A stretch of DNA of 64,000 nt from the human T2T-CHM13v2.0 reference genome, Homo sapiens, in assembly GCF_009914755.1 (NCBI RefSeq), contig NC_060933.1; one strand, written 5' to 3'. A program made the position numbers and the translations under genes. The notes under the pieces were generated by a model. That model searched no databases, was not told where the DNA came from, and saw only the letters and a program-made list of their open reading frames with translations. Positions 1 to 11,700 of the stretch are shown piece by piece (position 1 is the stretch's first letter; every line of letters begins with the position of its first letter).

Positions 1-1020
1 TTGTAATGGAATGGAATGGAATGGAATGGAATGGAATGGAATGGAATTAACCCGAATACAATGGAATGGAATGGAATGGAACGGAATGGAGTGAAATGGA
101 ATGGAATCAACCCGAGTGCAGGGGAATGTAATGGAACGGAATGCAATGGAATGGAATCATCCGGAATGGAATGGAATGGAATGGAATGCAATGGAAAGGA
201 ATCAACCCGAGTGCAATGGAATGGAGTGGAATGGAATGGAATGGAATGGAACAACCAGAATGGAATGTAATGTAATGGAGTGTAAGGGAGTTGAATAGAA
301 TCAATCCGAATGTAATGGAATGGAATGGAACGGAATGGAATGGAATGGAATGGAATGGAATGCAATGGAATGGAATCAACCGGAGTACAAAGGATTGGAA
401 TGGAATGGAATGGAATGGAATGGAATGCAATGGAATGGAATCAACCCGAGTGCAATGGAATGGAGAGGAATGGAATGGAATGGAATGGAAACTACCCGAA
501 AGGAGTGGAATGTAATGAAGTGTAAGGGAATTCAATAGAATCAATCCGAATGTAATGGAATGGAATGGAACGGAATGGAATGGAATGGAATGGAATGCAA
601 TGGAATGGAATCAACCCGAGTGCAATCGAATGGAATCGAATTGAATGGAATGCAATGGAATGGATTCAACTTGAATGGAATGGAAAGAATGGAATCAACA
701 CGAGCGGAATGGCATGGATTGCAATGGAATGGAATGGAATCAACCCGAGTACAGGGGAATGGAATGGAATGGAATGCAATAGAATGGAATCATCAGTAAT
801 GGAATGGAAAGGAATGGAATGGAATGGAATTGAATAGAATGAAATCGATTGCAATCGAATGGAATGGAATGGAATTAAACCGAATAGAATGGAATGGAAT
901 GGAATGGAATGGAACGGAACGGAACGGAATGGAATGGAATGGAATGGAATGGAATGGAATGGAATGGAATGGAATCAACGTGTGTGCAGGGGAATGGAAT
1001 GGAATGGAATGCAATGGAAT

Positions 1021-1035
1021 GGAATCTTCCAGAAT
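1021..1035. promoter_or_regulatory. Perfect three-unit heat shock element gGAAt-cTTCc-aGAAt (representative of ~50 in the window)
   Basis: The site matches nGAAnnTTCnnGAAn exactly. HSF1 binding to Satellite III on heat stress is established, but occupancy of this site is not shown by sequence. Confidence 0.6.
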
Positions 1036-2162
1036 GGAATGGAATGGAATTAAATGGAATGGAATGGAATGCAATGGATTCAACTCGATTGCAATGGAAT
1101 GGAATAGAATGGAATGAATGGAATGGAATTAACCCTAATAGAATGGAATGGAATGGAATGGAATGGAATTAACCCTAATAGAATGGAATGGAATGGAATG
1201 GAACGGAATGGAACGGAACGGAATGGAATGGAATGGAATGGAATGGAGTGGAATGGTATGGAATGGAATGGAATGGTACGGAATAGAATGGAATGGAACG
1301 AATTGGAATGGAATGGAATGGAACGGAATGGAATGGAATGGAATGGAGTGGAATGGAATCAACCCGAGTGCAATTGAATGGAATCGAATGGAATGGAATG
1401 CAATGGAATGGATTCAACTTGAATGGAAAGGAAAGAATGGAATCAACACGAGTGGAATGACATGGATTGGAATGGAATGGAATGGAATCAACCTGAGTAC
1501 AGGGGAATGGAATGGAATGGAATGCAATGGAATGGAATCATCCGTAATGGAATGGAAACGAATGGAATGGAATGGAATGGAATGGAATGGAATGGAATGG
1601 AATCAACTCGATTGCAATCGAATGGAATGGAATGGAATTAACCCGAATAGAATGGAATGGAATGGAATGGAACGGAACGGAATGGAATGGAATGGAATGG
1701 AATGGAATGGAAAGGAATGGAATGGAATGGAATGGAATGGAATGGAATGGAATCAACGCGAGTGCAGGGGAATGGAATGGAATCGAATGGAATGGAATGG
1801 ATTGGAATGGAATCAACCCGAGTGCAGGGGAATGTAATGCAACAGAATGCAATGGAATGGAATCATCCGGAATGGAATGGAATGGAATGGAATGGAATCA
1901 ACCCGAGTGCAATGGAATGGAGTGGAATGGAATGGAATGGACTGGAACAACCCGAATGGAATGGAATGTAATGGAGAGTAAGGGAGTTGAAAAGAATCAA
2001 TCCGAATGTAATGGAATGGAATGGAACGGAATGGAATGGAATGGAATGGAATGGAATAGAATGGAATGGAATGCAATGGAATGCAATCAAACCGAGTACA
2101 ATGGAATGGAATGGAATGGAATGGAATGGAATGGAATGGAATGGAATGGAATGCAATGGAAT

Positions 2163-2177
2163 GGAATCTTCCGGAAT
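2163..2177. promoter_or_regulatory. Perfect three-unit heat shock element gGAAt-cTTCc-gGAAt (commonest form)
   Basis: GGAATCTTCCGGAAT matches nGAAnnTTCnnGAAn. Four such sites occur per unit in both higher-order repeats. Confidence 0.6.
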
Positions 2178-2770
2178 GGAATGGAATGGAATGGAATGGA
2201 ATGGAATGGAATGGAATGCAATGGATTCAACTCGATTGCAATGGAATGGAATAGAATGGAATGGAATGGAATGGAATGGAATGGAATTAAACCGAATAGA
2301 ATGGAATGGAATGGAATGGAACGGAACGGAACGGAACGGAGTGGAATGGAATGGAATGGAATTGTATGGAATGGAATGGAATGGTACGGAATAGAATGGA
2401 ATGGAAAGAATTGGAATGGAATGGAATGGAATGGAATGGAATGGAATGGAATGAAATGGAATCAACCCGAGTGCAGGGGAATGTAATGGAACGGAATGCA
2501 ATGGAATGGAATCATCCGGAATGGAATGCAATGGAATGCAATGCAATGGAATGGAATGGAATGGAATCAACCCGAGTGCAATGGAATGGAGTGGAGTGGA
2601 ATGGAATGGAATGGAACAACCGAATGGAATGGAGTGTAATGGAGAGTAAGGGAGTTGAATAGAATCAATCCGAATGTAATGGAATGGAACGGAATGGAAT
2701 GGAATGGAATGGAATGGAATGGAATGGAATGGAATGGAATGCAATGGAATGGAATCAACCCGAGTACAAT

Positions 2771-2795
2771 GTAATGTAATGTAATGTAATGTAAT
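2771..2795 (+). repeat. (GTAAT)5 variant-pentamer microsatellite (also 8359, 13947; shorter runs near 51237 and 54336)
   Basis: The sequence reads GTAAT five times directly after CGAGTACAAT. Confidence 0.85.
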
Positions 2796-5700
2796 GGAAT
2801 GGAATGTAATGGAATGCAATGGAATGGAATGGAATGGAATCAACCCGAGTGCAATGGAATGGAGAGGAAAGGAATGGAATGGAATGGAAACTACCCGAAT
2901 GGAATGGAATGTAATGGAGTGTAAGGGAATTGAATAGAATCAATCCGAATGGAATGGAATGGAATGGAACGGAATGTAATGGAATGGAATGGAATGGAAT
3001 CAACGCGAGTGCAGGGGAATGGAATGGAATGGAATGCAATGGAATGGAATCATCCGGAATGGAATGGAATGGAATGCAATGGAATGGAATTGAATGGAAT
3101 CAACCCGAGTGCAATGGAATGGAGTGAAATGGAATGGAATGGAATGGAAACAACCAGAATGGATTGGAATATAATGGAGTGTAAGGGAATTGAATAGAAT
3201 CAATCTGAATGTAATGAAATGGAATGGAACGGAATGGAATGGAATGGAATGGAATGGAATGGAATGGAATGCAATGGAATGGAATCAACCCGAGTGAAAT
3301 CGAATGGAATAGAATGGAATGGAATGCAATGGAATGGATTCAACTTGAATGGAATGGAAAGAATGGAATCAACACGAGTGGAATGGCATGGATTGGAATG
3401 GAATGGAATGGAATCAACCCGAGTACAGGGGAATGGAATGGAATGGAATGCAATGGAATGGAATCATCCGTAATGGAATGGAAAGGAATGGAATGGAATG
3501 GAATGGAATGGAATGCAATGGAATGGAATGGAATCAACTCGATTGCAATCGAATGGAATGGAATGGAATTAACCCGAATAAAATGGAATGGAATGGAATG
3601 GAACGGAACGGAATGGAATGGAATGGAATGGAATGGAACGGAAAGGAAGGGAATGGAATGGAATAGAAGGGAATGGAATGGAATCAACGCTAGTGCAGGG
3701 GAATGGAATGGAATGGAATGCAATGGAATGGAATCTTCCGGAATGGAATGGAATGGAATGGAATGGAATGGAATGCAATGGAATGGAATCAACCCGAGTG
3801 CAATCGAATGGAATCGAATTGAATGGAATGCAATGGAATGGATTCAACTTGAATGGAATGGAAAGAATGGAATCAACACGAGCGGAATGGCATGGATTGG
3901 AATGGAATGGAATGGAATCAACCCGAGTACAGGGGAATGGAATGGAATGGAATGCAATAGAATGGAATCATCAGTAATGGAATGGAAAGGAATGGAATGG
4001 AATGGAATTGAATGGAATGAAATCGATTGCAATCGAATGGAATGGAATGGAATTAACCCGAATAGAATGGAATGGAATGGAATGGAATGGAACGGAACGG
4101 AACGGAATGGAATGGAATGGAATGGAATGGAATGGAATGGAATGGAATCAACGTGTGTGCAGGGGAATGGAATGGAATGGAATGCAATGGAATGGAATCT
4201 TCCAGAATGGAATGGAATGGAATTAAATGGAATGGAATGGAATGCAATGGATTCAACTCGATTGCAATGGAATGGAATAGAATGGAATGAATGGAATGGA
4301 ATTAACCCTAATAGAATGGAATGGAATGGAATGGAATGGAATTAACCCTAATAGAATGGAATGGAATGGAATGGAACGGAATGGAACGGAACGGAATGGA
4401 ATGGAATGGAATGGAATGGAGTGGAATGGTATGGAATGGAATGGAATGGTACGGAATAGAATGGAATTGAACGAATTGGAATGGAATGGAATGGAACGGA
4501 ATGGAATGGAATGGAATGGAGTGGAATGGAATCAACCCGAGTGCAATTGAATGGAATCGAATGGAATGGAATGCAATGGAATGGATTCAACTTGAATGGA
4601 AAGGAAAGAATGGAATCAACACGAGTGGAATGGCATGGATTGGAATGGAATGGAATGGAATCAACCTGAGTACAGGGGAATGGAATGGAATGGAATGCAA
4701 TGGAATGGAATCATCCGTAATGGAATGGAAACGAATGGAATGGAATGGAATGGAATGGAATGGAATGGAATGGAATGGAATCAACTCGATTGCAATCGAA
4801 TGGAATGGAATGGAATTAACCCGAATAGAATGGAATGGAATGGAATGGAACGGAACGGAATGGAATGGAATGGAATGGAATGGAATGGAATGGAAAGGAA
4901 TGGAATGGAATGGAATGGAATGGAATGGAATGGAATGGAATCAACGCGAGTGCAGGGGAATGGAATGGAATCGAATGGAATGGAATGGAATGGAATGGAA
5001 TCAACCCGAGTGCAGGGGAATGTAATGCAACAGAATGCAATGGAATGGAATCATCCGGAATGGAATGGAATGGAATGGAATGGAATCAACCCGAGTGCAA
5101 TGGAATGGAGTGGAATGGAATGGAATGGAATGGAACAACCCGAAAGGAATGGAAAGTAATGGAGATTAAGGCAGTTGAATAGAATCAATCCGAATGGAAT
5201 GGAATGGAATGGAACGGAATGGAATGGAATGGAATGGAATGGAATGCAATGGAATGGAATCAACCCGAGTACAATGGAATGGAATGGAATGGAATGGAAT
5301 GGAATTGAATGGAATGGAATGGCTTCAAACCGAATGGAATGGAAAGGAATGGAATCAAGACGAGTGGAATGGAATGGAATGGAACGGAATGGAATGGAAT
5401 GGAATGGTACGGAATAGAATGGAATGGAACGAAATGGAATGGAATTGAATGGAATGGAATCGTTCCGAGTGGAATAGGAGGGAATGTATTCGAGTGGAAT
5501 GGAAAGGAATGGAATCAACCAGAGTGGAATGGAAAGGAATGGAATGGAATGGAATGGAATGGAATGGAATGGAATGGAATCAACTCAATTGTAATGGAAT
5601 GGAATGGAATGGAATGGAATGGAATGGAATGGAATTAACCCGAATACAATGGAATGGAATGGAATGGAACGGAATGGAGTGAAATGGAATGGAATCAACC

Positions 5701-8700
5701 CGAGTGCAGGGGAATGTAATGGAACGGAATGCAATGGAATGGAATCATCCGGAATGGAATGGAATGGAATGGAATGCAATGGAAAGGAATCAACCCGAGT
5801 GCAATGGAATGGAGTGGAATGGAATGGAATGGAATGGAACAACCAGAATGGAATGTAATGTAATGGAGTGTAAGGGAGTTGAATAGAATCAATCCGAATG
5901 TAATGGAATGGAATGGAACGGAATGGAATGGAATGGAATGGAATGGAATGCAATGGAATGGAATCAACCGGAGTACAAAGGATTGGAATGGAATGGAATG
6001 GAATGGAATGGAATGCAATGGAATGGAATCAACCCGAGTGCAATGGAATGGAGAGGAATGGAATGGAATGGAATGGAAACTACCCGAAAGGAGTGGAATG
6101 TAATGAAGTGTAAGGGAATTCAATAGAATCAATCCGAATGTAATGGAATGGAATGGAACGGAATGGAATGGAATGGAATGGAATGCAATGGAATGGAATC
6201 AACCCGAGTGCAATCGAATGGAATCGAATTGAATGGAATGCAATGGAATGGATTCAACTTGAATGGAATGGAAAGAATGGAATCAACACGAGCGGAATGG
6301 CATGGATTGCAATGGAATGGAATGGAATCAACCCGAGTACAGGGGAATGGAATGGAATGGAATGCAATAGAATGGAATCATCAGTAATGGAATGGAAAGG
6401 AATGGAATGGAATGGAATTGAATAGAATGAAATCGATTGCAATCGAATGGAATGGAATGGAATTAAACCGAATAGAATGGAATGGAATGGAATGGAATGG
6501 AACGGAACGGAACGGAATGGAATGGAATGGAATGGAATGGAATGGAATGGAATGGAATGGAATCAACGTGTGTGCAGGGGAATGGAATGGAATGGAATGC
6601 AATGGAATGGAATCTTCCAGAATGGAATGGAATGGAATTAAATGGAATGGAATGGAATGCAATGGATTCAACTCGATTGCAATGGAATGGAATAGAATGG
6701 AATGAATGGAATGGAATTAACCCTAATAGAATGGAATGGAATGGAATGGAATGGAATTAACCCTAATAGAATGGAATGGAATGGAATGGAACGGAATGGA
6801 ACGGAACGGAATGGAATGGAATGGAATGGAATGGAGTGGAATGGTATGGAATGGAATGGAATGGTACGGAATAGAATGGAATGGAACGAATTGGAATGGA
6901 ATGGAATGGAACGGAATGGAATGGAATGGAATGGAGTGGAATGGAATCAACCCGAGTGCAATTGAATGGAATCGAATGGAATGGAATGCAATGGAATGGA
7001 TTCAACTTGAATGGAAAGGAAAGAATGGAATCAACACGAGTGGAATGACATGGATTGGAATGGAATGGAATGGAATCAACCTGAGTACAGGGGAATGGAA
7101 TGGAATGGAATGCAATGGAATGGAATCATCCGTAATGGAATGGAAACGAATGGAATGGAATGGAATGGAATGGAATGGAATGGAATGGAATCAACTCGAT
7201 TGCAATCGAATGGAATGGAATGGAATTAACCCGAATAGAATGGAATGGAATGGAATGGAACGGAACGGAATGGAATGGAATGGAATGGAATGGAATGGAA
7301 AGGAATGGAATGGAATGGAATGGAATGGAATGGAATGGAATCAACGCGAGTGCAGGGGAATGGAATGGAATCGAATGGAATGGAATGGATTGGAATGGAA
7401 TCAACCCGAGTGCAGGGGAATGTAATGCAACAGAATGCAATGGAATGGAATCATCCGGAATGGAATGGAATGGAATGGAATGGAATCAACCCGAGTGCAA
7501 TGGAATGGAGTGGAATGGAATGGAATGGACTGGAACAACCCGAATGGAATGGAATGTAATGGAGAGTAAGGGAGTTGAAAAGAATCAATCCGAATGTAAT
7601 GGAATGGAATGGAACGGAATGGAATGGAATGGAATGGAATGGAATAGAATGGAATGGAATGCAATGGAATGCAATCAAACCGAGTACAATGGAATGGAAT
7701 GGAATGGAATGGAATGGAATGGAATGGAATGGAATGGAATGCAATGGAATGGAATCTTCCGGAATGGAATGGAATGGAATGGAATGGAATGGAATGGAAT
7801 GGAATGCAATGGATTCAACTCGATTGCAATGGAATGGAATAGAATGGAATGGAATGGAATGGAATGGAATGGAATTAAACCGAATAGAATGGAATGGAAT
7901 GGAATGGAACGGAACGGAACGGAACGGAGTGGAATGGAATGGAATGGAATTGTATGGAATGGAATGGAATGGTACGGAATAGAATGGAATGGAAAGAATT
8001 GGAATGGAATGGAATGGAATGGAATGGAATGGAATGGAATGAAATGGAATCAACCCGAGTGCAGGGGAATGTAATGGAACGGAATGCAATGGAATGGAAT
8101 CATCCGGAATGGAATGCAATGGAATGCAATGCAATGGAATGGAATGGAATGGAATCAACCCGAGTGCAATGGAATGGAGTGGAGTGGAATGGAATGGAAT
8201 GGAACAACCGAATGGAATGGAGTGTAATGGAGAGTAAGGGAGTTGAATAGAATCAATCCGAATGTAATGGAATGGAACGGAATGGAATGGAATGGAATGG
8301 AATGGAATGGAATGGAATGGAATGGAATGCAATGGAATGGAATCAACCCGAGTACAATGTAATGTAATGTAATGTAATGTAATGGAATGGAATGTAATGG
8401 AATGCAATGGAATGGAATGGAATGGAATCAACCCGAGTGCAATGGAATGGAGAGGAAAGGAATGGAATGGAATGGAAACTACCCGAATGGAATGGAATGT
8501 AATGGAGTGTAAGGGAATTGAATAGAATCAATCCGAATGGAATGGAATGGAATGGAACGGAATGTAATGGAATGGAATGGAATGGAATCAACGCGAGTGC
8601 AGGGGAATGGAATGGAATGGAATGCAATGGAATGGAATCATCCGGAATGGAATGGAATGGAATGCAATGGAATGGAATTGAATGGAATCAACCCGAGTGC

Positions 8701-11700
8701 AATGGAATGGAGTGAAATGGAATGGAATGGAATGGAAACAACCAGAATGGATTGGAATATAATGGAGTGTAAGGGAATTGAATAGAATCAATCTGAATGT
8801 AATGAAATGGAATGGAACGGAATGGAATGGAATGGAATGGAATGGAATGGAATGGAATGCAATGGAATGGAATCAACCCGAGTGAAATCGAATGGAATAG
8901 AATGGAATGGAATGCAATGGAATGGATTCAACTTGAATGGAATGGAAAGAATGGAATCAACACGAGTGGAATGGCATGGATTGGAATGGAATGGAATGGA
9001 ATCAACCCGAGTACAGGGGAATGGAATGGAATGGAATGCAATGGAATGGAATCATCCGTAATGGAATGGAAAGGAATGGAATGGAATGGAATGGAATGGA
9101 ATGCAATGGAATGGAATGGAATCAACTCGATTGCAATCGAATGGAATGGAATGGAATTAACCCGAATAAAATGGAATGGAATGGAATGGAACGGAACGGA
9201 ATGGAATGGAATGGAATGGAATGGAACGGAAAGGAAGGGAATGGAATGGAATAGAAGGGAATGGAATGGAATCAACGCTAGTGCAGGGGAATGGAATGGA
9301 ATGGAATGCAATGGAATGGAATCTTCCGGAATGGAATGGAATGGAATGGAATGGAATGGAATGCAATGGAATGGAATCAACCCGAGTGCAATCGAATGGA
9401 ATCGAATTGAATGGAATGCAATGGAATGGATTCAACTTGAATGGAATGGAAAGAATGGAATCAACACGAGCGGAATGGCATGGATTGGAATGGAATGGAA
9501 TGGAATCAACCCGAGTACAGGGGAATGGAATGGAATGGAATGCAATAGAATGGAATCATCAGTAATGGAATGGAAAGGAATGGAATGGAATGGAATTGAA
9601 TGGAATGAAATCGATTGCAATCGAATGGAATGGAATGGAATTAACCCGAATAGAATGGAATGGAATGGAATGGAATGGAACGGAACGGAACGGAATGGAA
9701 TGGAATGGAATGGAATGGAATGGAATGGAATGGAATCAACGTGTGTGCAGGGGAATGGAATGGAATGGAATGCAATGGAATGGAATCTTCCAGAATGGAA
9801 TGGAATGGAATTAAATGGAATGGAATGGAATGCAATGGATTCAACTCGATTGCAATGGAATGGAATAGAATGGAATGAATGGAATGGAATTAACCCTAAT
9901 AGAATGGAATGGAATGGAATGGAATGGAATTAACCCTAATAGAATGGAATGGAATGGAATGGAACGGAATGGAACGGAACGGAATGGAATGGAATGGAAT
10001 GGAATGGAGTGGAATGGTATGGAATGGAATGGAATGGTACGGAATAGAATGGAATTGAACGAATTGGAATGGAATGGAATGGAACGGAATGGAATGGAAT
10101 GGAATGGAGTGGAATGGAATCAACCCGAGTGCAATTGAATGGAATCGAATGGAATGGAATGCAATGGAATGGATTCAACTTGAATGGAAAGGAAAGAATG
10201 GAATCAACACGAGTGGAATGGCATGGATTGGAATGGAATGGAATGGAATCAACCTGAGTACAGGGGAATGGAATGGAATGGAATGCAATGGAATGGAATC
10301 ATCCGTAATGGAATGGAAACGAATGGAATGGAATGGAATGGAATGGAATGGAATGGAATGGAATGGAATCAACTCGATTGCAATCGAATGGAATGGAATG
10401 GAATTAACCCGAATAGAATGGAATGGAATGGAATGGAACGGAACGGAATGGAATGGAATGGAATGGAATGGAATGGAATGGAAAGGAATGGAATGGAATG
10501 GAATGGAATGGAATGGAATGGAATGGAATCAACGCGAGTGCAGGGGAATGGAATGGAATCGAATGGAATGGAATGGAATGGAATGGAATCAACCCGAGTG
10601 CAGGGGAATGTAATGCAACAGAATGCAATGGAATGGAATCATCCGGAATGGAATGGAATGGAATGGAATGGAATCAACCCGAGTGCAATGGAATGGAGTG
10701 GAATGGAATGGAATGGAATGGAACAACCCGAAAGGAATGGAAAGTAATGGAGATTAAGGCAGTTGAATAGAATCAATCCGAATGGAATGGAATGGAATGG
10801 AACGGAATGGAATGGAATGGAATGGAATGGAATGCAATGGAATGGAATCAACCCGAGTACAATGGAATGGAATGGAATGGAATGGAATGGAATTGAATGG
10901 AATGGAATGGCTTCAAACCGAATGGAATGGAAAGGAATGGAATCAAGACGAGTGGAATGGAATGGAATGGAACGGAATGGAATGGAATGGAATGGTACGG
11001 AATAGAATGGAATGGAACGAAATGGAATGGAATTGAATGGAATGGAATCGTTCCGAGTGGAATAGGAGGGAATGTATTCGAGTGGAATGGAAAGGAATGG
11101 AATCAACCAGAGTGGAATGGAAAGGAATGGAATGGAATGGAATGGAATGGAATGGAATGGAATGGAATCAACTCAATTGTAATGGAATGGAATGGAATGG
11201 AATGGAATGGAATGGAATGGAATTAACCCGAATACAATGGAATGGAATGGAATGGAACGGAATGGAGTGAAATGGAATGGAATCAACCCGAGTGCAGGGG
11301 AATGTAATGGAACGGAATGCAATGGAATGGAATCATCCGGAATGGAATGGAATGGAATGGAATGCAATGGAAAGGAATCAACCCGAGTGCAATGGAATGG
11401 AGTGGAATGGAATGGAATGGAATGGAACAACCAGAATGGAATGTAATGTAATGGAGTGTAAGGGAGTTGAATAGAATCAATCCGAATGTAATGGAATGGA
11501 ATGGAACGGAATGGAATGGAATGGAATGGAATGGAATGCAATGGAATGGAATCAACCGGAGTACAAAGGATTGGAATGGAATGGAATGGAATGGAATGGA
11601 ATGCAATGGAATGGAATCAACCCGAGTGCAATGGAATGGAGAGGAATGGAATGGAATGGAATGGAAACTACCCGAAAGGAGTGGAATGTAATGAAGTGTA

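Larger units (their letters stand above)
597..5143 (+). repeat. Internal ~1.36-kb duplication inside the 5,588-bp unit (S1 ~597-1955, S2 ~3775-5143)
   Basis: Both segments share private words: CGAATTGAAT, CACGAGCGG, CATCAGTAAT, CAACGTGTGTGCAG, CTTCCAGAAT, double TAACCCTAATAG, GCAATTGAAT and GCAACAGAAT. The offset is 3173-3188, with a handful of SNVs. Confidence 0.9.

Noticed and set aside
1128-1180. DUX4 site or interstitial telomere at TAACCCTAATAG
   Set aside because: It does not match TAAYYBAATCA, and it holds only 1.5 telomere units derived from TAACCCGAAT by one substitution. It is kept only as a speculative TRF half-site.
3224-4345. Long ORFs (373 aa here, 391 aa at 40611-41786, 354 aa at 60888-61952 and hundreds more)
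   Set aside because: (GGAAT)n has no stop codon in any frame and translates to MEWNG / IPFHS repeats. The ORFs overlap in all six frames, carry no recognisable domain and are artefacts of the repeat.
5461-5500. GGAGG Shine-Dalgarno-like or G-quadruplex motif in module D
   Set aside because: The context is eukaryotic satellite with no gene, and there are not four closely spaced GGG tracts.
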